Translations under genes and position numbers: made by a program
Shown here: piece by piece, positions 1 to 10,524 of the stretch
Numbering within the stretch: position 1 is the stretch's first letter
Layout of the letters: the number at the start of each line of letters is the position of its first letter
NCBI GenBank assembly: GCA_001602415.1
Contig: CP012155.1
Span: 2,676,402 to 2,740,401 of the forward strand
Length of the DNA: 64,000 nt
Source: Bacteroidetes bacterium UKL13-3
GTDB lineage: Bacteria > Bacteroidota > Bacteroidia > UKL13-3
Direction of reading: 5' to 3'
The notes under the pieces: generated by a model
What the model was told of the DNA's origin: nothing
The model's input: the letters and a program-made list of their open reading frames with translations, nothing else
Database searches by the model: none

Positions 1-579
1 AGTATTAAAGTTTGGTTGCTTACTTAGTTTGAAGGTTACTGAAAGAATGATGTATTTGCCTTTTGCTTCTTGCTTAAATACACTCTCACGGTAACCAAAT
101 TTACATTCGGCATGGCTAAAAGTTTTTATAGTTCCCCCGTCTAACTCGATAGCTTCGAGTGAATCAAACGTATGTTTAATTTCTACCCCGTAGGCTCCAA
201 TATTTTGCATGGGAGATGCTCCAACACAGCCGGGGATAAGCGATAGGTTTTCCAAACCACCATAACCATTGCGAACCGACCACATTACTAAATCATGCCA
301 AACCTCACCTGCCATAGCCTTTACCCATAAATGATCATCGTTTTCGGCAATTACCGAAATTCCTTTCAGGGAAACTTTAATAACCATTCCATCCACATCT
401 TGCGTAAGCAACATATTGCTGCCTCCACCCAAAACAAGCACATTTCTATCCTTTAAATTAAAATTGGTGCAGAGAACAACTAATTCCTCTTTCGACTTTA
501 TTTCAACAAACTCCTTCGCCTTGGCTTCAATGCCAAATGTGTTGAGGGATTTTAAAGATACGTTTTGTTGTATGTTCAT
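1..579 (-). CDS. murB: UDP-N-acetylmuramate dehydrogenase, 3' end outside the window
   Basis: Manual translation from ATG at 579 gives MNIQQNVSLKSLNTFGIEAKAK...LGGGSNMLLT...GLENLSLIPGCVGASPMQNIGAYG, the MurB signature motifs. Not in the ORF track because it is truncated. Confidence 0.95.
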   Translation of the reverse strand, partial: MNIQQNVSLKSLNTFGIEAKAKEFVEIKSKEELVVLCTNFNLKDRNVLVLGGGSNMLLTQDVDGMVIKVSLKGISVIAENDDHLWVKAMAGEVWHDLVMWSVRNGYGGLENLSLIPGCVGASPMQNIGAYGVEIKHTFDSLEAIELDGGTIKTFSHAECKFGYRESVFKQEAKGKYIILSVTFKLSKQPNFNT

Positions 580-650
580 CGGAGGCAAATAAACAAATAG
601 GTTTCAAAATTCCATGATGTATTTACAAATAGTATATTCGTGCCAACAAA

Positions 651-2507
651 GTGAATTGGACTAACCTACATATACTGGCAAAACGACTCGCATGGGTATA
701 CATACTCTACACCTTCTGTCGGCTCACTTTTTTCATTGCCAACTTTGCTTCATTCAACGCATTCAGCCCAAACGAAATTCTGTATTCTTTTGTAATGGGT
801 TTGCGTTTTGATACCACAGCCATTGTATATACCAACGGATTATTCATACTTCTTCAAATCATGCCACTGCCGTTTCGTGAGAATACCGCATTTCAACGTG
901 GGCTTAAATGGCTTTTTATCCTTACAAACAGCATCGCATTATTCTTAAACTTTGTTGATGTTGGTTACTATCCTTTTAGTGGAAAACGCAGTGGAGTTGA
1001 ATTGCTAGGAATGCAGCGAGACGCAGCTGACCAAAGTATTCAATACATCAAAGATTATTGCTATTTAGCATTGTTACTTATTGGATGTATTTGGTTAATG
1101 ATAAGTTATTACCCTCCATATAAACAATCAAAACCTAGAGCAAAAACACCGCTACTCATCGAACTCTTTATATTGGTTTTAGTTGCTGGTATGATGTTTG
1201 GCGCGGCAAGGGGAACTGTTGGACTTAAGCCGTTAAATACACTTGATGCCGCCAGATTAACTCAATCGGGATTAGCCGCGTTAACGCTAAACACACCTTT
1301 TCAATTTATCATGACCGTGCAGCAAACAGGTGTAGATGAAAAATTTTATATGGATAAGAAAGATGCGGCAGCACTTATTAATTTTCATCATCACGATTCG
1401 GCAATAAAGCCAACGCACAAAAATGTTGTATTAATAATCGTTGAGAGCCTAGGAAAAGAATACGTAGGCTTTTACAACAACGGCAAGGGATATACTCCTT
1501 TCTTGGATTCATTGGCTTTATATAGCACCATTTACAAAAATGCCTACGCAAACGGCAAACGATCCATTGAAGGGATTCCTGCAATAGTGGCCTCTATGCC
1601 ATCATTAATGAATAATGACTATATGAACAGTTATTATCAATCGAACACGCTTGAAAGTACCGGAAGTTTATTGCAACACTTAGGCTATGAAACATCCTTT
1701 TACCATGGTGGTAAAAATGGAACGATGAGTTTTGATAATTTTATTTCGGCCACACATGCAGGAAAATATTATGGATTAAACGAATACCCAAATCCTACAG
1801 ATAATGACGGCAATTGGGGTATTTATGATGAACCGTATTTGCGCTATGTTGCAAATCAACTAACTGAGCAAGAACAACCATTTTTCAGTACAGTTTTTAC
1901 ACTCTCTTCGCATCATCCATACAATATTCCAACAGCACTTAAACAGCAATTCCAAGAAGGCACGTTGCCTATCCATAAAACAATCCGGTATGTTGATTTT
2001 GCGCTTCAACAGTTTTTCGAGGAGGCTAAACAAACCACATGGTATGATAGTACTATCTTTATCATTACAGCGGATCATTCTTCAACCAACGAATTGCCAA
2101 ATTTTAATACTGAAGAAGGAATGTATCGCATACCGTTAATGGTATTTGAACCGAAAAATCACGCACTACGATATATTGATCAAACCACACAGCAAATTGA
2201 TATCATGCCCATAATTTTAAAACAAGCTGGTTATAACAAACCTTATTTGGCAATGGGATTATCTTCGGTTGATTCAGGTGGTTTTGCGATACAATACATT
2301 AATAATATGTACCAGTTTATTCAACATCCATACATATTGCAATTTGATGGTGAAAAGACAATACAGTTTACGAAACTGAATAAAAAAGATGTATTGGAAA
2401 ACTGCACAGAATTAGATCGTAAGAAGTTAATGGAGCAATCGCTTAAAGCATTTATCCAGCAATACAACTCGGCATTAATACACAATAACACAGTGGTAAA
2501 ACCTTAG
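651..2507 (+). CDS. LTA synthase family / sulfatase-like membrane protein
   Basis: Five N-terminal TM segments, then an alkaline-phosphatase-superfamily domain (IIVES, SSHHPY, TADH). Confidence 0.85.
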   Translation: MNWTNLHILAKRLAWVYILYTFCRLTFFIANFASFNAFSPNEILYSFVMGLRFDTTAIVYTNGLFILLQIMPLPFRENTAFQRGLKWLFILTNSIALFLNFVDVGYYPFSGKRSGVELLGMQRDAADQSIQYIKDYCYLALLLIGCIWLMISYYPPYKQSKPRAKTPLLIELFILVLVAGMMFGAARGTVGLKPLNTLDAARLTQSGLAALTLNTPFQFIMTVQQTGVDEKFYMDKKDAAALINFHHHDSAIKPTHKNVVLIIVESLGKEYVGFYNNGKGYTPFLDSLALYSTIYKNAYANGKRSIEGIPAIVASMPSLMNNDYMNSYYQSNTLESTGSLLQHLGYETSFYHGGKNGTMSFDNFISATHAGKYYGLNEYPNPTDNDGNWGIYDEPYLRYVANQLTEQEQPFFSTVFTLSSHHPYNIPTALKQQFQEGTLPIHKTIRYVDFALQQFFEEAKQTTWYDSTIFIITADHSSTNELPNFNTEEGMYRIPLMVFEPKNHALRYIDQTTQQIDIMPIILKQAGYNKPYLAMGLSSVDSGGFAIQYINNMYQFIQHPYILQFDGEKTIQFTKLNKKDVLENCTELDRKKLMEQSLKAFIQQYNSALIHNNTVVKP

Positions 2508-2848
2508 AGCGATTCACGTACTTTTTTAGGTAAACTTTTTACAACAAGATTATAAGAATCATTCACCATTTGTAATAAGTGTGCATCTGTTACATCTTCA
2601 TTAAATGTTACTGTATTCCAATGTATTTTGTTCATGTGATAACCCGGCTTTACCGCACTGTAATTAACTCTCAACTCCTCACTTAGTTCTGGGTCGCACT
2701 TTACATTCACACTCGTTGGATTGGACAATGAAGTTAGTGCAAACATCTTACCCGCAACCTTAAAAACGAGGGTATCATTATCGAACGGAAACTCCTCTGT
2801 TACCGAGGTTAAACTCATACAATGTTCTCTGAGTAATTCAATATGCAT
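2504..2848 (-). CDS. MmcQ/YjbR family DNA-binding protein
   Basis: FPF...VFKVAGKMFA...VKCDP...PGYHMNKxHWN motif. Confidence 0.9.
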   Translation of the reverse strand: MHIELLREHCMSLTSVTEEFPFDNDTLVFKVAGKMFALTSLSNPTSVNVKCDPELSEELRVNYSAVKPGYHMNKIHWNTVTFNEDVTDAHLLQMVNDSYNLVVKSLPKKVRESL

Positions 2849-2957
2849 ACTTCAAACAATAATGGTATTAAAATAGTATTATTCCCAATACCTAAATCAT
2901 TTTGTTGCCACAGATTAACACAAATTTATTTGTTAATTAGCTCAATTAGCGGCTAAT

Positions 2958-2991
2958 AAAAAAACGCGCCTTGTTTTCACAAAGCGCGTTT
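2958..2991 (-). terminator. Intrinsic terminator of secDF
   Basis: AAACGCGC...GCGCGTTT stem; the A-run gives a U tract on the minus strand. Confidence 0.75.
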
Positions 2992-3013
2992 GGTGAGAAT
3001 ATTTTATTAGCAG

Positions 3014-5983
3014 TTATGCTATTGATTTCTCTTCATTGTTGCTCTTATCAAAATCTACTACAATTGGTGTTGCAATAGCTATAGATGAGTATGTACCAAA
3101 GACGATACCTACCAATAAGGCGAAGGTAAATCCTTTGATAACTTCACCACCAAATAAGAACAAAATTAAGGTAACCAAAAATACTGTTAATGAAGTGATG
3201 ATTGTACGGTTTAAGGTATTGTTCAATGCATTATTGATAACCATTTTCTTGTTGCTTTCGTGGTGATGCGTTCCTAAGAACTCACGAATACGATCAAACA
3301 CAACCACGGTATCGTTAATTGAGAAACCTATGATGGTTAACACAGCAGCAATAAAGGTTTGATCAACTTCCATTGTAAATGGCAAGATACCATCTAAAAT
3401 AGAGTAGAAACTCAACATCATTAATACGTCATGCGCCAAAGCAATGATCGCTCCAAGAGCATATTGCCATTTGCGGAAACGAACCAAAATATACAATCCA
3501 ATACATACTAGGGCAATAATAGTAGCCCAATACGAGGCTGTTAAAATATCATTAGCAATGGTTGGACCTACTTTAGCCGAACTCAAAATAGTTGAATTAC
3601 CGCCTAGTGTTTTTAAACCTTCTGCCAATTTTGCTTCAACCATATCGCCAGCTCCTTCACTCTGATCGTTAATCATGTAGGTAGTAGTGATTTTGTATTT
3701 GTTACCACTTCCAAACGTTTTAACTTCGGGAGCCATACCAAACACAGGAGTTAGCTTTTCACGGATTTCGCTAGCTGTTTCATCTTTATCAAACTGAACA
3801 ACATACGTCCAACCACCTTTAAAATCAACGCCTAACGTAAATCCTTTTGTGAACATAGAAACTAGTCCACCTATAATAATTAAACCAGAGAAAATGTAGA
3901 AACGTTTACGTTTTCCAACCCAGTCGTATGTTGAGCCTTGGAAAGCTCTTTCAGAAAACGCTCTTGAGTATTTTACGATTTGTTGTTTATCAATTCTCCA
4001 CTCTGTAATTACACGGGTTAATAATACTGCTGTAAACATTGATGAAAGTATACCAATAATTAAGGTAATGGCAAATCCTTGAACAGGACCGGTTCCAAAC
4101 GTGTATAGCACAAAACCTGCGATTAACGTTGTTAAGTTGGCATCAATAATAGACGAGCTTGCAGCCGCATATCCATCGGCAATTGCATTTTTTAAACTGC
4201 GAGCGTTGAGCAATTCTTCTTTCACGCGCTCGTTAATCAAAACGTTTGCATCAACCGCCATACCTATTGTTAACACAATACCGGCAATACCAGGTAACGT
4301 TAATGCTGCGCCTAGCGAAGCTAACACACCCATAATAAAGAATACGTTTATTAATACAGCGATATCAGCGATGTAACCTGAGTTGTTGTAGTAAACAACC
4401 ATGAAAATTAGGATAACAACAGTTGCAATAACCATTGATAACAGTCCACTTGAAATGGCTTCTGCACCTAATGATGGACCAACAACTGCTTCTTCAACAA
4501 TGCGACTTGGTGCAGGTAATTTACCCGCTTTTAAAATGTTTGCTAAATCGCTTGCTTCTTCGTTTGTAAATCCACCCGAGATAGAAGAACGTCCGTTAGG
4601 AATTTCGTTTTGTACGTTTGGAGATGAATACACAACATCATCCAGTACAATAGCAATACTGTGACCAACATTTGCTTTGGTTAATTTTCTCCAAATGTTT
4701 GCACCTTCAGCATTCATGCTCATCGACACTTCTGTTTGTCCCGATTGCGAAATATCTCTGCGTGCATCCGTAATTTTATCACCTTCTAATGATGCCTTTC
4801 CATCTTTAGACGCTTTTACTGCATGTAAAATTACACCTTCGCCATTATCACCAAATCCTTTGTAAGCCCAAAGGAAACGAATATTTGAAGGCATTGCTGC
4901 TCTCACTTCCGGAAGACTTAAGTATGAGTTAATTTTTGCAGTATCTTTAACTAAAGCTGTTCCACACATTGATCCTTTTGCAATCAACATATTTTGTTCA
5001 TCAGCATAAGGGCGTAACAACACAAACAATGGATTTTCCTTGGTAAACTGTTCAATTGTTTTCTGAGCAGTATCGCTTTTGGAAGAGTCTGCTTTTACTT
5101 CAGTAGTAGCTTTTGTTCCCAATCCGGCAAGTGCACTTGTTGCTGTTGCAGTATCGGCAGTGGCTGTTGTATCAGTTGTTATTGTTGAAACCCCATTTTT
5201 TTCGTTAGCCAACACCTTTTTAAGCATATCGTTGGCAGACGATAGATGTTTGAACGCTTCTGGGTTATCAAACGTTTCCCAGAACTCTAGCTTAGCAGTT
5301 CCTTGTAATAATTTACGAACACGTGTTGGATTATCTACACCCGGTAATTCAACTAAAATACGACCACTACCTTCAAGCTTTTGAATATTAGGTTGCGTTA
5401 CGCCAAACTTATCAATACGAGCACGTAAGATTTGGAACGATCGATCGATGGCTTGATCGGCCTCACCTTTTAAATACGCTAATACTTCTTCATTTGTGGA
5501 GCTTATTTTAATTTGATCTTTATTGCTGGCATTTGCGAAAATAGCTGCAAGTTTTGCGTTAGGATCTAATTCTTTGTATGACTCACCAAATAAGGTTACA
5601 TAATCTTTTGTACTGGTTTTAATTTTTTCGTTGGTTGCTGCAATTGCTTTCCCAAAAGTAGCATCAGGATTATCATTCGATAACGAACGAATCAAATCCC
5701 CAATGGAAACTTCTAACGTTACGTTCATTCCACCTTGCAAATCCAAACCTAAATTTAATTCACGTTCTTTACATTGTAAATAAGTGAACTCGGCAACACC
5801 TAAATTATAAACCGGCAAGCGGGCTATAGAGTCTAGGTATTCTCTTTCTTTGATTGGATCTCCGTTAGCAAATTCCTTTGCTTCATTCTCTACCTTGTTG
5901 GTAACCCACGTAAACGATAGCTGGAAAATACACACAATAGTTAGTGCGATTGCAAACAGCTTTACTGCGCCTTTACTTTTCAT
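3014..5983 (-). CDS. secDF: Protein translocase subunit SecDF (fused)
   Basis: LGLDLQGG, GMAVDANVLI, GVDFKGG and FSINDTVVVFDRIRE motifs. Confidence 0.97.
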   Translation of the reverse strand: MKSKGAVKLFAIALTIVCIFQLSFTWVTNKVENEAKEFANGDPIKEREYLDSIARLPVYNLGVAEFTYLQCKERELNLGLDLQGGMNVTLEVSIGDLIRSLSNDNPDATFGKAIAATNEKIKTSTKDYVTLFGESYKELDPNAKLAAIFANASNKDQIKISSTNEEVLAYLKGEADQAIDRSFQILRARIDKFGVTQPNIQKLEGSGRILVELPGVDNPTRVRKLLQGTAKLEFWETFDNPEAFKHLSSANDMLKKVLANEKNGVSTITTDTTATADTATATSALAGLGTKATTEVKADSSKSDTAQKTIEQFTKENPLFVLLRPYADEQNMLIAKGSMCGTALVKDTAKINSYLSLPEVRAAMPSNIRFLWAYKGFGDNGEGVILHAVKASKDGKASLEGDKITDARRDISQSGQTEVSMSMNAEGANIWRKLTKANVGHSIAIVLDDVVYSSPNVQNEIPNGRSSISGGFTNEEASDLANILKAGKLPAPSRIVEEAVVGPSLGAEAISSGLLSMVIATVVILIFMVVYYNNSGYIADIAVLINVFFIMGVLASLGAALTLPGIAGIVLTIGMAVDANVLINERVKEELLNARSLKNAIADGYAAASSSIIDANLTTLIAGFVLYTFGTGPVQGFAITLIIGILSSMFTAVLLTRVITEWRIDKQQIVKYSRAFSERAFQGSTYDWVGKRKRFYIFSGLIIIGGLVSMFTKGFTLGVDFKGGWTYVVQFDKDETASEIREKLTPVFGMAPEVKTFGSGNKYKITTTYMINDQSEGAGDMVEAKLAEGLKTLGGNSTILSSAKVGPTIANDILTASYWATIIALVCIGLYILVRFRKWQYALGAIIALAHDVLMMLSFYSILDGILPFTMEVDQTFIAAVLTIIGFSINDTVVVFDRIREFLGTHHHESNKKMVINNALNNTLNRTIITSLTVFLVTLILFLFGGEVIKGFTFALLVGIVFGTYSSIAIATPIVVDFDKSNNEEKSIA

Positions 5984-6175
5984 TTTGTCTCTGTTATCTG
6001 TTTTTTAATTATTACTTCAAGTTATGCTGCTTTCAACCGAGCATCTTTCATTTGTTTCGAAGAATTAGGCTACTGATTAAAATCATACGAAAGCGAGCAA
6101 ATATAGGTTTTGGCACCACATTTTACAACCTATCTGCACATTGTATCTTATTATTTGAAAATGAGTAGCATAGCT

Positions 6176-6808
6176 TTACTTCCCATCTTTCAATATCCAC
6201 CTAAAGTGATCTTCAACTACTTTTAAGCTATTTTGAAAATGCTCGTTGTTGTTGATAACAATATCGGCCTTGCCTTTATATGGCTCCAAGTATTGCCTGT
6301 ATGCTGGCATTACATGATTAATCCATTGGTATTGCACAAAATCTGCTGGAATATTTCGCTCAAACGTATCACGTTTTAAACGTCTTTCCAACTGGAGGTG
6401 TTCTTGTGCTTCTACAAAAATTTTAAGGTTAAACTGTTTTAAAATATCTTCCTTGTAAAAAATAAATAACCCCTCAATTATAATGATGGGTGCCGATGCA
6501 AAATGAAGCCAATCGCCTAATTGATCTTCATGCTGAAAACGATATTCTCGTCTCTTAATATTGTTTCCATTTTTTAACTCAACCATATCATCATGAAAGG
6601 CATCTAAATCTAAACAATCTGGAAGGTCGTAATTAATGTGTCCATTGGGGTCCTTAGTTTGCATAGCTGCAGATTTATAATAATTGTCCTGTGAAAGGAT
6701 ACACACTTGTGATTTGTCAAATAAATTGCCTATTTCTTTTAAGAAACTGGTTTTTCCACTTGCACTTCCGCCTGTAACTCCTACTATATAAGGCTGTTGA
6801 TATTTCAT
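6176..6808 (-). CDS. udk: Uridine kinase
   Basis: GGSASGKT P-loop, SQDNYY, IIEG, RRLKRD. Confidence 0.85.
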   Translation of the reverse strand: MKYQQPYIVGVTGGSASGKTSFLKEIGNLFDKSQVCILSQDNYYKSAAMQTKDPNGHINYDLPDCLDLDAFHDDMVELKNGNNIKRREYRFQHEDQLGDWLHFASAPIIIIEGLFIFYKEDILKQFNLKIFVEAQEHLQLERRLKRDTFERNIPADFVQYQWINHVMPAYRQYLEPYKGKADIVINNNEHFQNSLKVVEDHFRWILKDGK

Positions 6809-6937
6809 TTTGTGTAATTACTTGGTACCGCAATTAGCGCATTTACGCTCAATTTGGCAAACTTTATCTTTAGCTATTGGTGATTAGCTGTTGGCTAAAT
6901 TACTTTCGAATCTACTTTAATCTATATCGGAGAACGC

Positions 6938-7219
6938 AATCCATCCCACTGTGCCCTTGACCTTTCCACTTCGTTGAGCTCGGGCACCCTTGACTACTCT
7001 GCCATTCTTGCCTTCAACTTAGTTTCCCAATCAATCCAATAACTTAATCAACCAGTCAACTGAATCCATCCCACTGTGCCTTGACCTTTCCTCTTCTTGA
7101 AACTCGGGCACATTTTACTTCTTTGCCATTCATTCTTGCCACCAGCTTAATTAACCCAATAACTTAATCACTTAATCAACTCAATTACTTATTCAACTTA
7201 ATCAACCCAATAACCAACA
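6938..7219. repeat. Two diverged ~125-bp direct repeats, each with a REP-like hairpin, followed by TAATCAAC-type short repeats
   Basis: AATCCATCCCACTGTGCC(C)TTGACCTTTCC starts at 6938 and 7063; each copy has a GTGCC...GGCAC inverted repeat. Confidence 0.85.
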
Positions 7220-7262
7220 TCCACCGATAAATTCCATCCACTTACCGACACTTTAGAAACAC

Positions 7263-7316
7263 TGGAAACTTTTTATTCAAAAATAGTTTCCAATATCAAA
7301 AACGTTCTTACCTTTG
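7263..7316 (+). promoter_or_regulatory. Putative TetR operator plus Bacteroidota -7 promoter box
   Basis: TGGAAACT...AGTTTCCA inverted repeat (7263-7292); TACCTTTG at 7309-7316 just upstream of the TetR gene. Confidence 0.6.
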
Positions 7317-7338
7317 ACCGCGATTTCAAAAAGGAACA

Positions 7339-7950
7339 ATGGACGAATCAAAATTGAAAATACTAACAGGAGCCCAATCACTATTTCTGCGTTATGGCTT
7401 TAAAAGTATTACCATGGATGATATATCTAGAGAGCTAGGCATTTCAAAAAAAACGCTTTACCAATACTTTACAGATAAAAACGACTTGGTTAATCAGGCT
7501 GTAGAAAATCACTTGAGTGAGGAAAAGGCCTTTTGTTTGGAATTGGATGTTACGGAAAAGGATCCGATTGCCTATTTACTGGCTATAAGCAACAAGTTTA
7601 GTAGTGAAGAAAAATACATTAACCCGGCAGTGTTATTTGAGTTAAAAAAATACTTTAAAGAGGCGTGGGATAAGGTTGAACAATACAGGAAGGAATTTAT
7701 ATACGAGCAAGTACTAACCAATCTTCAACAAGGTAAAAGTAAAAGTTTGTATCGCAAAGAGTTAAAAGAAAAAATTATTGCATTGCATTACGTTCACATG
7801 ATTCAGTTTATGGTGAACCCCGAGAATTATTATAAGGAAGAGCGCAACTTTAACGTTGTTCACAGAGAAATGATGAGTTATCACCTTCATGGCATCCTTA
7901 CTGAAAAAGGCCTAAAACAATTAGACAAATTATTAAACCAACCACAATAA
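7339..7950 (+). CDS. TetR/AcrR family transcriptional regulator
   Basis: N-terminal HTH: GFKSITMDDISRELGISKKTLYQYF. Confidence 0.93.
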   Translation: MDESKLKILTGAQSLFLRYGFKSITMDDISRELGISKKTLYQYFTDKNDLVNQAVENHLSEEKAFCLELDVTEKDPIAYLLAISNKFSSEEKYINPAVLFELKKYFKEAWDKVEQYRKEFIYEQVLTNLQQGKSKSLYRKELKEKIIALHYVHMIQFMVNPENYYKEERNFNVVHREMMSYHLHGILTEKGLKQLDKLLNQPQ

Positions 7951-7952
7951 AT

Positions 7953-9317
7953 ATGAAGCGAACCATTTATTTACTCGTTTGCACCTTGCTTAGTGTGCAA
8001 CTCTTTGCACAAGAGAAGCCGATACAAAGTTTTTCGTTAAAACAAGCTGTTGAGTTTGCTAAGAAAAACAACTATGCCCTTAAAAATAATCAGTTAGACG
8101 TATTAGCTGCTCAAAAAAAAGTAAAAGAGATTTTATCAAGTGGATTACCCCAAGTAAGTGCCACTGGTAATTTTATCAATAATACAACCATTGCCACTCA
8201 AGTTTTACCAAACTTTTTAAAGCCAACATTTGTGCAACTTGGTATGCCAGGAGCCAATGAGTTAAGTGATTTTATTCCTGCTCAGTTTGGTCAAAAATTT
8301 TCGGCTACCGGAAGCATCTCTGCATCGCAGCTATTATTTGATGGCGGTTTTTTAATGGGTGTGAAAGCCGCTAAGGAATATGTGGCACTTGCTGAAATAA
8401 ATGTTAACCGAGGAAATATTGAAACGGAAGTTAACGTAAGCAAAGCCTATTACGCAGTGTTGCTACTTCAAACCAATGTCAAACTCCTTACCACCAATTT
8501 AGAAACGTTAACCAAAGCAAAAGGTGATATGGAGAAACTTTACAAAGCAGGATTGGTAGAAAAAACAGATTTTGATAGGATAACTTTACAGCAATCAACA
8601 ATTGACGTAACACGAAGTAAAATAGCAGATCAACAACGTATTGCAAGTATGATTTTGAAACTTCAACTTGGAATGAATGTTAACGATAGCATATTGCTAA
8701 CGGATGATCTACAAAAAATGTTTACATCAGTTCAAACAGTTGCTGTTGAATCCAAAGCAGATTACAATAAACGCACCGAGTATCAATTATTAAACCAATC
8801 AATCAAACTAAATACATTAGATAAAAAACGTTATCAATATGGGTATGCTCCTTCATTGGTTGCCATTGCCGCAACCCAACGAAATACATTCGGATCTAAT
8901 TTTAGTGATTTAGGAAATACATGGTTTCCAGGAACTTATTGGGGCTTAAATTTGAGCATTCCTATTTTTGATGGTTTGCGTAAATCGGCACAAATTCAAC
9001 AATCCAAAATAAACATCACCAAAGCCGAAAATGACAAGAAAACTATGGAGAATGTGATTGAACAACAAGTATTGCAATCCAAACTCACTTTTTTAAGAAC
9101 AGGTGAACAACTCGCCATTCAGGAAAAGAACATGACACTTGCCCAAGATATATATGACAGGGTGCAACTTAAATACAAAAATGGAGTTGGTTCAAGTTTA
9201 GAATTAACAATCTCTCAAAACGATTTGGAAACGGCACGCACCAATTATTTATCAACCGTGTACGACTATTTTGTAGCTCAACTCGAATTACGTAAAGCCA
9301 TGGGTGACATCAAATAA
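7953..9317 (+). CDS. TolC family outer membrane efflux protein
   Basis: Signal peptide, LSIPIFDG repeats, operon context. Confidence 0.92.
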   Translation: MKRTIYLLVCTLLSVQLFAQEKPIQSFSLKQAVEFAKKNNYALKNNQLDVLAAQKKVKEILSSGLPQVSATGNFINNTTIATQVLPNFLKPTFVQLGMPGANELSDFIPAQFGQKFSATGSISASQLLFDGGFLMGVKAAKEYVALAEINVNRGNIETEVNVSKAYYAVLLLQTNVKLLTTNLETLTKAKGDMEKLYKAGLVEKTDFDRITLQQSTIDVTRSKIADQQRIASMILKLQLGMNVNDSILLTDDLQKMFTSVQTVAVESKADYNKRTEYQLLNQSIKLNTLDKKRYQYGYAPSLVAIAATQRNTFGSNFSDLGNTWFPGTYWGLNLSIPIFDGLRKSAQIQQSKINITKAENDKKTMENVIEQQVLQSKLTFLRTGEQLAIQEKNMTLAQDIYDRVQLKYKNGVGSSLELTISQNDLETARTNYLSTVYDYFVAQLELRKAMGDIK

Positions 9318-9353
9318 TTTATAACCACTAAGAAAAAGTAAAAATATACGCAT

Positions 9354-10487
9354 ATGAAAAAAGTAATAGGAATTATGTTATCACTTGCAATAGTAGCCAT
9401 AGCTGCATGCAGTGGAGGAAGTTCAGTGGAAAAGAAAAAAGCTGAACTCGAAAAATTAAAAACACAGCAAACAGAACTAGCTGCGAAGATTGCAACGATT
9501 GAAGATGAGTTAAAGGCAGCAGGCGATTCATTGAGTGAAGAAGATACGCGTTCGAAAGTTGTGGCCATAAGCCCTATAACCAGACAAACTTTCGTTCACG
9601 CGATAGATATTCAAGGAAAAGTTGATGGAGATGAAAATATCACCTACAGCGCTAAAGTTCCAAGCATTGTTACAAAAATAAACGTTAAAAACGGGCAGAA
9701 TATTACAACAGGAACCATTCTTGCCGAGCTTGATACCAAAATAGTAAAAGCTCAAATGGATGTTGTAAAAAAACAATATGAATTGGTTAAAACACTTTAT
9801 GAAAAACGTAAAGAATTATGGGATCAAAAAGTGGGCAGTGAAATTGAATTTTTGCAAGCCAAAAACCAAAAAGAGAGCCTAGAAAAACAACTGGAAAGCA
9901 TTAAAGAAAATTTGGATATGTATTACATCCGTGCCGAGTTTAATGGAACAATTGATGAAGTTGCAATTAAAGTAGGGCAAAATGTTGCCCCTGGAGTTAA
10001 ATGTGTAACTGTTGTAAACCCTGGTAAACTTAAAATAAAAGCGAACCTTTCAGAGTCGTACTCAAGTTTTGTAAAAACAGGTAACCCAACAAAAATATAT
10101 TTCCCAGATATCCCTAAAACCATTTCAGCTAAAGTTAGCTACTCATCAAAAACAATTGATATGTTAACCCGCACATTCAATGTGGAAGTGATGCTTCCTA
10201 ACGATAACGACTTACACCCTAATATGGTTGCCGAACTAAAAATTATTGACTACGAAAAACCAAATAGCATAATTGTTCCAATTAATGCCATACAGCAAAT
10301 TGATGGTACCGATAATGTTTTTATTACCGTAAGCAGAGGCTCACAACGAATTGCTAAGAAAGTGACCGTTAAAGTTGGAAAGCAATATAACGGAGTGGCC
10401 GAAATCCTTGAAGGATTAAACGAAGGTGATGAGTTGATCACAACCGGATTTCAAGATTTAACAGATGGACAATCGTTGAAACTATAA
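9354..10487 (+). CDS. RND efflux periplasmic adaptor (MFP) lipoprotein
   Basis: Lipobox IAAC, coiled coil, TRTF..., GLNEGDELIT. Confidence 0.92.
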   Translation: MKKVIGIMLSLAIVAIAACSGGSSVEKKKAELEKLKTQQTELAAKIATIEDELKAAGDSLSEEDTRSKVVAISPITRQTFVHAIDIQGKVDGDENITYSAKVPSIVTKINVKNGQNITTGTILAELDTKIVKAQMDVVKKQYELVKTLYEKRKELWDQKVGSEIEFLQAKNQKESLEKQLESIKENLDMYYIRAEFNGTIDEVAIKVGQNVAPGVKCVTVVNPGKLKIKANLSESYSSFVKTGNPTKIYFPDIPKTISAKVSYSSKTIDMLTRTFNVEVMLPNDNDLHPNMVAELKIIDYEKPNSIIVPINAIQQIDGTDNVFITVSRGSQRIAKKVTVKVGKQYNGVAEILEGLNEGDELITTGFQDLTDGQSLKL

Positions 10488-10524
10488 CCTCTCACCATTA
10501 TTTAACAGAAAAATATAACTTGTT

